Source: an uncultured virus (IMG/VR IMGVR_UViG_3300031857_015429) (lineage: Duplodnaviria; Heunggongvirae; Uroviricota; Caudoviricetes). From it: a stretch of DNA of 64,000 nt. Both the position numbers and the translations under genes were made by a program. Location of the stretch: positions 1 through 64,000 of the IMG/VR virus record IMGVR_UViG_3300031857_015429; one strand, written 5' to 3'. A model generated the notes under the pieces. The model saw only the letters and a program-made list of their open reading frames with translations, had not been told where the DNA came from and made no database searches. Shown here in pieces: positions 30,661 through 40,078 of the stretch (the first letter of the stretch is position 1; every line of letters begins with the position of its first letter).

Positions 30661-32439
30661 TTAATATGTGTTATAAAAATTGTTTATGTTGGTCTCAATA
30701 CCTACTTTATTTACCGATTGGTCTGTATTATAGAACACAAATTCATTAACCCCACCTCTAAAATATAATGCACTTGACCCAGTTCTACCCGCGATATGAG
30801 TAAGATTAATTGGTGTCAACGACGCCCCCAAATCTTGTGAAGGTGCACCATCTTTAGAAATTAACATTCTACCCGTTGAGAAGTCAAAATAACCTAAGTG
30901 AGATAATAAATCTTCGCCCGTTAAACTAAATGCCAATACTCCGTCAAAGAATCCAAGTCCTTGAGCATCAACGAAAGAACCGTTATACCAAGCTCCACCG
31001 ATTGACCCGCTAGACCCGAAGAATATGTAGTTAATATTATTTTGAGAAAATACTTGACCTAAAGTAAATGCTGCGGTTATTTGTATATTTGTTGTTAAAC
31101 TTAATGGGGCTTTTGCCATTGATTCAAAAAAAGAGTGTAAGTAAGGGGTTATTTGATAATTACCATCTTTATCTAATAGTGCCGTTCTAGTCCCATTTAT
31201 AACAACACCTTGTTGTTGATTTGGGGTATATTGATAAGCATGGTTGTCATTACCTGATTGGTCATACCAAACAACAACATAACCAGTACCATTAACTCCT
31301 TGATATAAACCACCTGTAAAAGACCAAGAACCATAAGGACCTGTTACAAAATCCATTAATGCTGGTGAATCTAAAACCACTTTACCATTTATTGTGGTAA
31401 AACCAATGTCTAATTCGGTATTATCAAAATTTCTTCTCACTCTCATGCAAGGACCTGAATATGTTGATGATAATTTTCTAGCCGAAAAAGCCGCAACTGA
31501 ATTAGGGTAATTATCTAATAAAAATGGTGACGGAGTTGTTGGAGTGTTTGTTGGTGTGTTAGTAACTGTCGGTGTTGGTGTTTCTACTGGAAAGTTAATC
31601 TGTAAAGTAAAATCACATTGGGGTGATGGTGTTTTAGTTGGGGTTTGTGTGACAGTAGGTGTCGGTGTTATTGGTATTATAGTTAAAAGAATGTCGCACT
31701 CAGGTGCTGAAGTTTGTGTTGGAGTTGATGTTATTGTTGGTGTTGTTGTATTCGTTGGTGTTTGAGTTGGTGTTTGAGTTGGGGTTTCTGTGTTGGTTGG
31801 CGTTTGAGTATTAGTTGGCGTATTAGTCGGAGTTTCAGTTGGGGTTTCTGTGTTGGTTGGTGTATTAGTAGGTGTATTAGTTGGGGTTTGAGTATTGGTA
31901 TTAGTTTGAGTTTGAGTATTAGTCGGGGTTGAGGTATTAGCTGGGGTTTTAGTCGGTGTTGGGGTTTTAGTTGATGTAATACTAGGTGTTGGGGTTTTAG
32001 TTGATGTAATACTAGGTGTTGGGGTTTTAGTTAATAAACATGGGTCAATTGTTTTAGTTGGGGTTTTAGTCGGTGTTGGGGTTTTAGTATTTGTTGGTGT
32101 TACTGTCGGGGTTTTAGTTACTAAACAAGGATTAAATGTAGGTGTTGATGTTTGGGTTTTAGTATTTGTAGGTGTAGGAGTTTTAGTATTTGTGGGTGTA
32201 GGAGTAACGGTAGGTGTTGGTCTATACACATTCAATATATTAGGACAATCCGCATCTTCAACTAAGATGGTATATGTACCGTACACCTCTCTTGGGGGAA
32301 TTAACAAAGAAGGTTCAAAATCAAAGGGTAATGTTACCTCACCTAAATTAATTGTAACTATATCATTATCAGGTTTAAATAATATGGTTGCTAATTCACC
32401 ATCATAATTTATACTACTTATAGTTATTTTTAATGACAT
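30661..32439 (-). CDS. Thr/Pro-rich protein with C-terminal ConA-like (arabinofuranosidase-B-like) domain
   Basis: About 230-aa TPT tract, then AAFSARKLSSTYSGPCMRVRR...DIGF...WYDQSGNDNHA. Confidence 0.7.
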   Translation of the reverse strand: MSLKITISSINYDGELATILFKPDNDIVTINLGEVTLPFDFEPSLLIPPREVYGTYTILVEDADCPNILNVYRPTPTVTPTPTNTKTPTPTNTKTQTSTPTFNPCLVTKTPTVTPTNTKTPTPTKTPTKTIDPCLLTKTPTPSITSTKTPTPSITSTKTPTPTKTPANTSTPTNTQTQTNTNTQTPTNTPTNTPTNTETPTETPTNTPTNTQTPTNTETPTQTPTQTPTNTTTPTITSTPTQTSAPECDILLTIIPITPTPTVTQTPTKTPSPQCDFTLQINFPVETPTPTVTNTPTNTPTTPSPFLLDNYPNSVAAFSARKLSSTYSGPCMRVRRNFDNTELDIGFTTINGKVVLDSPALMDFVTGPYGSWSFTGGLYQGVNGTGYVVVWYDQSGNDNHAYQYTPNQQQGVVINGTRTALLDKDGNYQITPYLHSFFESMAKAPLSLTTNIQITAAFTLGQVFSQNNINYIFFGSSGSIGGAWYNGSFVDAQGLGFFDGVLAFSLTGEDLLSHLGYFDFSTGRMLISKDGAPSQDLGASLTPINLTHIAGRTGSSALYFRGGVNEFVFYNTDQSVNKVGIETNINNFYNTY

Positions 32440-32454
32440 TATCCATTTTTAAAA

Positions 32455-35295
32455 TTAAAATTTATTCTCTATCGCTAAACAAACTTCACCATTTTGTTTA
32501 ATTAACTTTTCCATATCACTAAATGATATGAATGCGTGACCTGATTTTCCCCAATTTTTCCCCCAACTATTTTTAATTCTAAATAATTTTTTATTTTTAT
32601 CCACCCCATTAATTACATAAGCATGTCCGCCAGTTAATTTACCAGTGACCCTCATTAAACCATTCTTATCAGGGAAAAACATTGACCTATACCAATTAGT
32701 TCCCACAACTACAGGGCCTTTAGTTAAAACAGTATCTATTAATACGTTAATATTATAAGTCCATAAATATGACGAAATCTTATTTGTATTTTTCAAGTAC
32801 TTAGCGCCACCTCTAACTGATGTACCATTATAATTTTCACCAACCCACTCATCTAATTTTTGAGCTTCTTTATAAATTAAGGTTGGATTGATGATTGGGG
32901 ATATACCCTCATGTTTAACTGGTCCGTCCTCAATCCAATGAGCCCAAGCATATCCAACACATTGAGGGGTGTTTTCTTGATTGCCCCACCATTCATCGGC
33001 GTCCCAATACTTAGTTGTTAATATTGTGTTTTTAAGTTTTAACTTATCCTCAATTAAATAATTTTTGTCTCTTTCGTCAGGAATATATACTCTTCCTAAT
33101 GGATGAGGTATTTCAATTGATTCTTCAAGTATATCATTTGTATCAGTAATAACGTAAGTAAAATCATTAATTTCACATACCTTTGTTGAGCAATCAGGGC
33201 AATCAGGATTAAACATTTCAAATTTCTGATTTAGAATTTTGAAGTTGTGTTTAATTTCAGGGGCGGATAACGGAGACGTGTACATTCTAAATTGAGATAT
33301 AGCACCTTCAAATGTTCCAGCAAAATTTTGCTCTATTAATATATTAGTTTTTAGACCATTAAATGTTGTTCCTGTTAAATCGTTAATTGGAAAACATTCA
33401 GGGTCTTGTATATAAGGCCCAAATGGTAACGTTGTTGATGAAAATGTTAAGTTTTCTCGTAATCCTTGAGTACCCCCACCCCACGAGATGTTAAATGGAA
33501 CCCCAACTTGTTTTTCTTTATCAGTATCTAAAGCTCTGGGAATTAATTCCTCAAAATTCTCAATTGTATAAAATATTTTACCATTAATATATATTTTTAA
33601 CCTACCTTCTCGGTAATTTTTTTCACTTATCCATCTATCATTTAACTTAACAATTTCAATTTGTTCAGCAGTTTTTCCGTCAACTTTAGTATAAGGTACA
33701 TTAACCAAAGAAACCGTGTTATTAGCCAATGATTCTAAATAAAGTTTTTCAGTTATTGTATCTAAACCACCTCTAAATAATAAATCACATTCATCTAACC
33801 AATTGTATCTTTCCCACACAATATTAACTTGGAACCAATGTTCTTCCTCTAACCAAGCAGGATTTTCTTGTTCACATCTTGGGTATATAGGTGGGGTACA
33901 ATAATCAACTATCGTATACCCTGTCGTGAATGTAACACCAGTGTTTTCACAAGAGCCCGTTGTTTGACAATCACCTGTAATTGATAACATTCTAACCCCT
34001 ATTTGAGGGTTTTTAGGGTCACCGCATAATCTGAACGATATTGCGTTGGATAATGAATCAAACAATGGGTCCACCTCGCAAGTATTCTCAACTGATGTAA
34101 ATCCTGTTGTTGAGCATTTACAATCATCGCAAGTATCACATTTAGTACATGTTGGTGTGCAAGTTGGTATTATAACACAATTGTCAGGTGTGGGTGTAGG
34201 TGTGGGCGATGGAGTTGGGGTAGGTGTTATTATAGTGTCACACTTATGTTCAAAACATTCCCATCCACACGTTTCACAAGTATAATCTTTACAGTCACAT
34301 CCACAAGTTATTTTTTTCTCTCGGTTACCATTACATAAATTACAACCATAATTAACGTGTGGGTCGTGAATATTATTTACCGACCTAGGAGGGTAAACAT
34401 ATATACAACGACTATCCGTTATTGTTTTATTACAGCAAGCACAGGTAGTTAATCCCGTTAAAGGTGTTGTTACTCTTGTGTACCCTGTAAAACAATTTGG
34501 GGTACCATCAGCGTGATGATAAAATTTATTTTCCGCTCTAGTCCCAAAATAAAAGAATGTATTTTTATTATTAGGGTAAATTTCGTTTAAAGTTGTTTCA
34601 TTGGGGCCAGGAAAATATTCATCAATTAATCTAGGTTTTAGAATCATCTCAACTGACCAACCTTTATTCATTCTTTCAGGTAAAATATCATAATCATACC
34701 CAAATAATTTATAGAACCCTTGATAAAACCCTCCATATAGTTCGTGGTATTTACCGACAAAAGGGTCGTTTTTACTTACAACTTCATATAATATAGTTTT
34801 ATCAAAACCTGAAAATCTAATGTTAGGTGAACTAGTGTATCCTGTGGTTTGAAATAGTTTAAGTCTCCTATCAAAATTAAGTCGTGTAAACTTTAATGAG
34901 TCATTAATTAACCCATTAGTAAAATTTATGGTTTGTCCCGTCATTTCAGATACTAAACCATTATCAATACCTGTTAAACCAATATCACAAGAAGAATGAC
35001 CTGTAAAACAATTTAAATCTAAATCATTAGTTTCATAATAGTTTTGAGAAACAAATATATTATTAAGATTATAATTTTTATATGTTAAGTTTAAACCTTG
35101 AGATGTTAGAGGATTATCAATATCAAAATAAACGGGTAATTTATTACCATATGTTTGAGCAATCAAATATGGTGAGAAAACAACCTCTTGATTGTACCCT
35201 TGTTCGTCAGACGTTAACGACATATCATATGACTCATTAACGAGTTTTACGCCCCAATTTGGATAAACATATTGATTTATATTTTGACCCGCCAT
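32455..35295 (-). CDS. Large LamG-like, Cys-rich protein with C-terminal papain-like (C1A) cysteine peptidase
   Basis: LKIYING and ISQFRMYTSPLSAPEI (LamG); Cys-rich/TPT segment; NQENTPQCVGYAWA, GGHAY, IKNSWGKNWG (Q, C, H, N catalytic set). Confidence 0.8.
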   Translation of the reverse strand: MAGQNINQYVYPNWGVKLVNESYDMSLTSDEQGYNQEVVFSPYLIAQTYGNKLPVYFDIDNPLTSQGLNLTYKNYNLNNIFVSQNYYETNDLDLNCFTGHSSCDIGLTGIDNGLVSEMTGQTINFTNGLINDSLKFTRLNFDRRLKLFQTTGYTSSPNIRFSGFDKTILYEVVSKNDPFVGKYHELYGGFYQGFYKLFGYDYDILPERMNKGWSVEMILKPRLIDEYFPGPNETTLNEIYPNNKNTFFYFGTRAENKFYHHADGTPNCFTGYTRVTTPLTGLTTCACCNKTITDSRCIYVYPPRSVNNIHDPHVNYGCNLCNGNREKKITCGCDCKDYTCETCGWECFEHKCDTIITPTPTPSPTPTPTPDNCVIIPTCTPTCTKCDTCDDCKCSTTGFTSVENTCEVDPLFDSLSNAISFRLCGDPKNPQIGVRMLSITGDCQTTGSCENTGVTFTTGYTIVDYCTPPIYPRCEQENPAWLEEEHWFQVNIVWERYNWLDECDLLFRGGLDTITEKLYLESLANNTVSLVNVPYTKVDGKTAEQIEIVKLNDRWISEKNYREGRLKIYINGKIFYTIENFEELIPRALDTDKEKQVGVPFNISWGGGTQGLRENLTFSSTTLPFGPYIQDPECFPINDLTGTTFNGLKTNILIEQNFAGTFEGAISQFRMYTSPLSAPEIKHNFKILNQKFEMFNPDCPDCSTKVCEINDFTYVITDTNDILEESIEIPHPLGRVYIPDERDKNYLIEDKLKLKNTILTTKYWDADEWWGNQENTPQCVGYAWAHWIEDGPVKHEGISPIINPTLIYKEAQKLDEWVGENYNGTSVRGGAKYLKNTNKISSYLWTYNINVLIDTVLTKGPVVVGTNWYRSMFFPDKNGLMRVTGKLTGGHAYVINGVDKNKKLFRIKNSWGKNWGKSGHAFISFSDMEKLIKQNGEVCLAIENKF

Positions 35296-35305
35296 CTTTT
35301 TTAAG

Positions 35306-35332
35306 ATAAATACTCTAAAACGAAGTATTTAT
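35306..35332. promoter_or_regulatory. Divergent pair of putative late promoters (TATTTAT on each strand)
   Basis: ATAAATA at 35306-35312 serves the minus-strand gene; TATTTAT at 35326-35332 serves the plus-strand gene. Confidence 0.55.
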
Positions 35333-35348
35333 TATAAAAAAAAGTGAT

Positions 35349-36203
35349 ATGATAGAATATAATAAAGAATATTTCAGTAATAATTATTATTTCCTTTTAA
35401 AAGAAGGTTATGATAAAATATCGTTATTCTATTCTGTGGCCGAAACTTTAACTGAATCAAGAAAAAAAGACAAAAAAATAGTTTTAAGTAAAAAGAATGA
35501 AAAAAGTATTAAAGATTTGGTTGGTAAGTTTTTAAAAACAAAGAAGAAATTAAACCCAAAACAGATTGAAAAAAAATTCAAAGACTTAGATTCTGAAGGA
35601 GAAATTGAGGAATTGGTTGATGCTGATGGTACTATGTTAGGTTCTAATTCACCAATTCTTAATCAAAAGTTAACACCTAAAAAAACTATGGACCAAACTG
35701 TTGCAATGTCCAGAGTAACTAATGACCCTGTTACAAGAGGTTACCGTGTGTATTGGGGTGAGAGTGAAGATGAACAAGATAATGTTGTATCTGAGGTTGA
35801 TTATTCTGATGCTTTTGGGTATGAGGAAACTAAAGATATGGATTTTGAAGATACTGTAGAGACTCTTGAAGATATGGGTGTTGATAATGGCGAGGAAAGA
35901 GCTGAGGAAATGGGTAAAGACCCTAAGTTAGAAAAGAAAAAAGTTAAAGGAGCCTTCATTAGACAGCGTTTAGTTGAAAAAGAACCGATTGAAGAAATAC
36001 AAAGACAAAAAATGGTTAAGATGGTTGAAGACATTTTAACTAAAAAATCAAAAAAAGATGGTGATGTAGTTAAAACAGACTCCAACTCAAACCAAACAAT
36101 AAGTAAATTTTTAAAGAGGAATTTAAAATCAATAAAGAAACTAGCCGAAAAAGAGGGGATTAGTTTAGACCAATTGATTAAAACTTTAAAATACGATGAA
36201 TAA
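35349..36203 (+). CDS. Hypothetical acidic/charged protein (possible internal head protein)
   Basis: 284-aa ORF, E/D/K-rich. Confidence 0.6.
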   Translation: MIEYNKEYFSNNYYFLLKEGYDKISLFYSVAETLTESRKKDKKIVLSKKNEKSIKDLVGKFLKTKKKLNPKQIEKKFKDLDSEGEIEELVDADGTMLGSNSPILNQKLTPKKTMDQTVAMSRVTNDPVTRGYRVYWGESEDEQDNVVSEVDYSDAFGYEETKDMDFEDTVETLEDMGVDNGEERAEEMGKDPKLEKKKVKGAFIRQRLVEKEPIEEIQRQKMVKMVEDILTKKSKKDGDVVKTDSNSNQTISKFLKRNLKSIKKLAEKEGISLDQLIKTLKYDE

Positions 36204-36666
36204 AGATTTATACGGACATACAGTTCCATTACCTGAAGACGTTGTTGGTTATTTAGACCAATGCTTTAATTCTGCCAATGGTGCTGATGAAACAACTGAA
36301 GGTTATAAACGAAATAAAGACCTAAGAGATAAAAAAGAAATTACGTATCAACAATTAAAAAGAATGAAAAATTGGTTTGACAATTTTAATGGTCATGAAA
36401 ACGATTTATCATTTATATTAAATGGAGGTCATTACGTAAAAGAGTGGGTTGACAATACTCTGAACTCAATGAGAGAAAATTCTCGTTTACCAAAGGAAGT
36501 TAAATCAACTGTACTCCCAAATCAATTTATTCAACCTCACGAAAAAAATAACGTGAATAATATGAATAGACCGACTAAATCACATAAATCGGCAACAGAA
36601 AGATATGATACGGCAATAACCGAAAACTTAAAAAGAATAAACGATTTAATCAATAAAATAATATAA
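36196..36666 (+). CDS. Hypothetical protein
   Basis: 156-aa ORF; ITYQQLKRMKNWFD...LNGG...WV; ends ITENLKRINDLI. Confidence 0.6.
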   Translation: MNKDLYGHTVPLPEDVVGYLDQCFNSANGADETTEGYKRNKDLRDKKEITYQQLKRMKNWFDNFNGHENDLSFILNGGHYVKEWVDNTLNSMRENSRLPKEVKSTVLPNQFIQPHEKNNVNNMNRPTKSHKSATERYDTAITENLKRINDLINKII

Positions 36667-36668
36667 TT

Positions 36669-36962
36669 ATGGCAGTTAACGAACCATTAGATTTCAGTCA
36701 ACCTAAAAACTCATTATCTGAAATCGCAGAATCGGAAAGAAAAAAATTGTTCCCTAAAAATGATTACAAAACAGAAAACCAATACTCGGCAGTTAATCCA
36801 GATGCGTTAGCGGATGGAGATGCTCAAGGTAAAGGAACTGGTCAGTTTTTAGATACAGGAAACCAAAATGCGGGAGGTATTCAAGACATAATTGAAAGGA
36901 AAGCAGAATTGGTAATAAATAAATATAAAATACAAAACCCTTACACAACTCCAAGTGCATAA
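36669..36962 (+). CDS. Hypothetical protein
   Basis: 97-aa coupled ORF with DALADGDAQGKGTG. Confidence 0.6.
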   Translation: MAVNEPLDFSQPKNSLSEIAESERKKLFPKNDYKTENQYSAVNPDALADGDAQGKGTGQFLDTGNQNAGGIQDIIERKAELVINKYKIQNPYTTPSA

Positions 36963-37366
36963 TGAAATTAATAGATACATTTAAGTCGGTATTATTAGAA
37001 GTCGCATCAATAGAATCATTAAGTGATGCAATTAATAAACGACGCAAAGTTATTATTTATTATGATGGTGATGAACCAGGAGGTAAAGGTTTACGTGAAA
37101 TTGAGCCTGTTTGTTTTGGGTATAGTAAAGCAGATAACCCAGTATTAAGGGCTTGGGATAATTCGGGAGCGTCTCATACAGGATATAAAGGTGAACAACC
37201 ATTACCTGGGTGGAGATTATTTAGAGTTGATAAAATCCTATCATTTAAACCAACAGGTGAGACATTTAATGAACCAAAACCAGGATTTAATCCTAATGGT
37301 GATAAAGGAATGGTGAGAGTTATTAGCTTAGTCACATTTGATAATACAGAAGAGAACATTGCTTAA
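36962..37366 (+). CDS. Stand-alone WYL-domain protein
   Basis: AINKRRKVIIYY...REIEPVCFG...LRAWD...WRLFRVDKI. Confidence 0.75.
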   Translation: MKLIDTFKSVLLEVASIESLSDAINKRRKVIIYYDGDEPGGKGLREIEPVCFGYSKADNPVLRAWDNSGASHTGYKGEQPLPGWRLFRVDKILSFKPTGETFNEPKPGFNPNGDKGMVRVISLVTFDNTEENIA

Positions 37367-37419
37367 CAGTTAACTTTACTGTTATATTTTATCACATATT
37401 TTTTATAAAACATATTATT

Positions 37420-38034
37420 ATGACAAACGAAAATGATTTAATACAAAAACTTATGGTGTCTAAAAAAATTATGGAACGACACGATACTATGGGTAGAGGT
37501 AATAATGGAATAAATAATTTTTCCACACCACAGGTAGAAAATTACGAAGCGCCTCAAGCAACTTACAATTTACCTAATGATATTTTAAATGAAAGTGAAT
37601 TTCATACAACTAGTACTGTTAGTAAACCTCAACAACCAGTAACTAAAGATAGAATTATGTCATCAAAATTACCTGATGAAATAAAACAATTAATGATGGA
37701 ACATCCAATTGTTCAACCAAATAACCCATTAACTGGTGGTAGTAGTATTTCATCTGAGTTAGCTGAAAAAGCTGCAAGATTAATGAACGTTAACGCAAAA
37801 GGAGAACCATTACCAAACACACAACAACGTAGACCGATTGTTAATGAGAGCATTTCAAATGGTATTTCCGCTGATGATATTAGAAGTATTGTAAGGGAGA
37901 CTGTTGAAGAGGTACTAAAAGAAAATGGTCTTATGGTTGAGTCCACAAAAAAATCTAACGATGTTTTTAAATTTAGAGTGGGTCAACATATGTTTGAGGG
38001 TAAAGTTACTAAGGTTAGAAAAATTTCGGAATAA
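37420..38034 (+). CDS. Hypothetical protein
   Basis: 204-aa ORF with SKLPDEIKQLMMEHPI. Confidence 0.6.
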   Translation: MTNENDLIQKLMVSKKIMERHDTMGRGNNGINNFSTPQVENYEAPQATYNLPNDILNESEFHTTSTVSKPQQPVTKDRIMSSKLPDEIKQLMMEHPIVQPNNPLTGGSSISSELAEKAARLMNVNAKGEPLPNTQQRRPIVNESISNGISADDIRSIVRETVEEVLKENGLMVESTKKSNDVFKFRVGQHMFEGKVTKVRKISE

Positions 38035-38066
38035 CACGCACCCCTTTGTATTTTATTACATTGGTC

Positions 38067-38099
38067 AAACCTCCATTAATCGTGGGGGTTTTTTGTTTT
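38067..38099 (+). terminator. Rho-independent terminator
   Basis: AAACCTCCA-loop-TGGGGGTTT followed by TTTGTTTT. Confidence 0.7.
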
Positions 38100-38104
38100 C
38101 TATA

Positions 38105-38133
38105 TTGATATAATGAAAATGGTCTATTATATT
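38105..38133 (+). promoter_or_regulatory. Putative sigma70-type promoter of the glycan/nucleotide operon
   Basis: TTGATA-N17-TATATT upstream of 38156. Confidence 0.4.
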
Positions 38134-38155
38134 TTAGTTTATATAATTAAAAAAT

Positions 38156-39373
38156 ATGAAAGAAAAAATTAATGTGTTAGTCTTACCAAGCGATAAAACT
38201 GGTGTCGGAAAGTTTCGCTCAGTTGACCCCCATGTAATGTTACAAAATATGTATCCTAATGATTTTTATGTGGATATTGATTTTGAACCTAAAGTAAATG
38301 ACCCTAATTATTGGAAAAAATATCAAATTGTTCATATCCATAGAAATGTTGGTTCATCTTATGAGGGGACTCAACAGTTGATTAACTACTTAAAATCCCA
38401 AGGAATTAAAGTTATTGTTGATTTAGATGATTATTGGTTACCAACAAAAGAACACCCAATCCACTCATTAATTGTTCAAAACAAAATACATGAAAAAATT
38501 GTTGCTAATCTAAAATTAGCGGATTATGTAACAACAACTACAGAAATTTTTGCCGATGAAATTAGAAAATACAATAAAAATGTGGTTGTTTTTCCAAATG
38601 CAATAAATCCAGATGAACCTCAGTTCAAACAACCAACATTAGAATCTGAAAGAATTAGAGTTGGTTGGTTAGGGGGGTCATCTCATTTACATGATTTAAA
38701 ATTATTGGATGGATTTGTTCAAAAAAACTCAAGTATTAATGATAAAATCCAATATGTGTTATGTGGATTTGATATTCGTGGGACCGTAACTGAAGTTAAT
38801 CAACAGACAGGTGAACAAAAACAAAGACCAATTAAACCTAGCGAAACCGTTTGGGTTAAGTATGAAGAGATTTTTACAAATAACTATAAAATTATTGACG
38901 GTAAATACAAAGATTACTTATTTGAATTTAAAGAAGATGAATACAAAAGTGATATTATATTACCATACCAAAGAGTTTGGACAAAACCTGTAACATCTTA
39001 CGCTATGAATTACTCTAAATTTGATATTTCTTTAGCACCAATTAAAAACCATATTTTTAACAGGGTTAAATCTCAACTTAAAGTTATTGAGGCGGGGTTT
39101 TACAAAAAAGCGTTAATCGCATCTAACGTTGGTCCTTATACAATTGACTTGAAACATTCACTTAAAAATGGTAATTTTGTTGATGGTAATGCTTTGTTAG
39201 TTGACGAAACTAAAAATCATAGTGATTGGTCAAAGTTTATTAAAAAACTTGTTGAGAACCCTAATATGATTACCGATATGGGTGAAAGATTGTATGAAAC
39301 TGTTAAAGACAAATACAATTTACAAAATGTAACCATTTTGCGAAAAGAATTTTACGAATCAATTATAAAATAA
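38156..39373 (+). CDS. GT-B (GT4-like) glycosyltransferase
   Basis: VDLDDYW, FPNAI, RVGWLGGSSHLHDL, DISLAP...FNRVKSQLKVIEAG...IASNVGPY. Confidence 0.8.
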   Translation: MKEKINVLVLPSDKTGVGKFRSVDPHVMLQNMYPNDFYVDIDFEPKVNDPNYWKKYQIVHIHRNVGSSYEGTQQLINYLKSQGIKVIVDLDDYWLPTKEHPIHSLIVQNKIHEKIVANLKLADYVTTTTEIFADEIRKYNKNVVVFPNAINPDEPQFKQPTLESERIRVGWLGGSSHLHDLKLLDGFVQKNSSINDKIQYVLCGFDIRGTVTEVNQQTGEQKQRPIKPSETVWVKYEEIFTNNYKIIDGKYKDYLFEFKEDEYKSDIILPYQRVWTKPVTSYAMNYSKFDISLAPIKNHIFNRVKSQLKVIEAGFYKKALIASNVGPYTIDLKHSLKNGNFVDGNALLVDETKNHSDWSKFIKKLVENPNMITDMGERLYETVKDKYNLQNVTILRKEFYESIIK

Positions 39374-39376
39374 GAT

Positions 39377-40078
39377 ATGATTAATATTCCAATTACTAAA
39401 ATTTTATTCTTAGACATTGAGACTGTTGGGGGTTGTCCTGATTACGAATCTTGTCAAAAATTTAGTCCCGAACTTGCGGACCAATTCAGTAAGTACTTTG
39501 ATTGGTTTCAAAAAAGATTTCCAGAAGACGTAGGACTTGTTCCTGATGATGTTTTTATAAAACGGGGGGCATTGGTCCCCGAATTTGCAAAAATTGTTTG
39601 TGTGTCAATGGCATTTGTTATGGATAATGGTGATGTTAAAAAACAAACATTTTCAGGTGAAGATGAAAAGGAACTTTTAATCCAAGTTAGAAATCTTTTA
39701 GATAGATGTCATAAACTTGATTTTTATCTATGTGGTCACAATTTAAAGAATTTTGATATTCCTATGTTGGCTAAGCGTATGATTATTAATGGGATTATGC
39801 CATCCAAGATTCTTCCATCATATGATACAAAGCCATGGGAAGTTAAAGCGATTGACACTAAAGAAATATGGCAATACGGGGCTTATACCGCAATTGGGTC
39901 CCTTGATTTACTTTGCTCTTGTTTGGGGATTGAATCACCAAAAGGTGGTGAGGTGTCTGGGGCAAATGTCCACGATTCTTATTGGAATAAGAATATGATA
40001 AAAGAAATTGCCGAATATTGTGAGAAGGATGTGGAGGTATTAATAGAAGCTATAAAAAAATTAAAAGAACTAAAATGA
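39377..40078 (+). CDS. PolB-related stand-alone 3'-5' exonuclease (DEDDy)
   Basis: FLDIET, GHNLKNFDIP, YCEKDV. Confidence 0.85.
   Translation: MINIPITKILFLDIETVGGCPDYESCQKFSPELADQFSKYFDWFQKRFPEDVGLVPDDVFIKRGALVPEFAKIVCVSMAFVMDNGDVKKQTFSGEDEKELLIQVRNLLDRCHKLDFYLCGHNLKNFDIPMLAKRMIINGIMPSKILPSYDTKPWEVKAIDTKEIWQYGAYTAIGSLDLLCSCLGIESPKGGEVSGANVHDSYWNKNMIKEIAEYCEKDVEVLIEAIKKLKELK

Noticed and set aside
35801..36229. Antisense ORFs of 60-142 aa here and elsewhere (for example 15905, 47410, 56322)
   Set aside because: They lie opposite well-supported genes and have no recognisable motifs.
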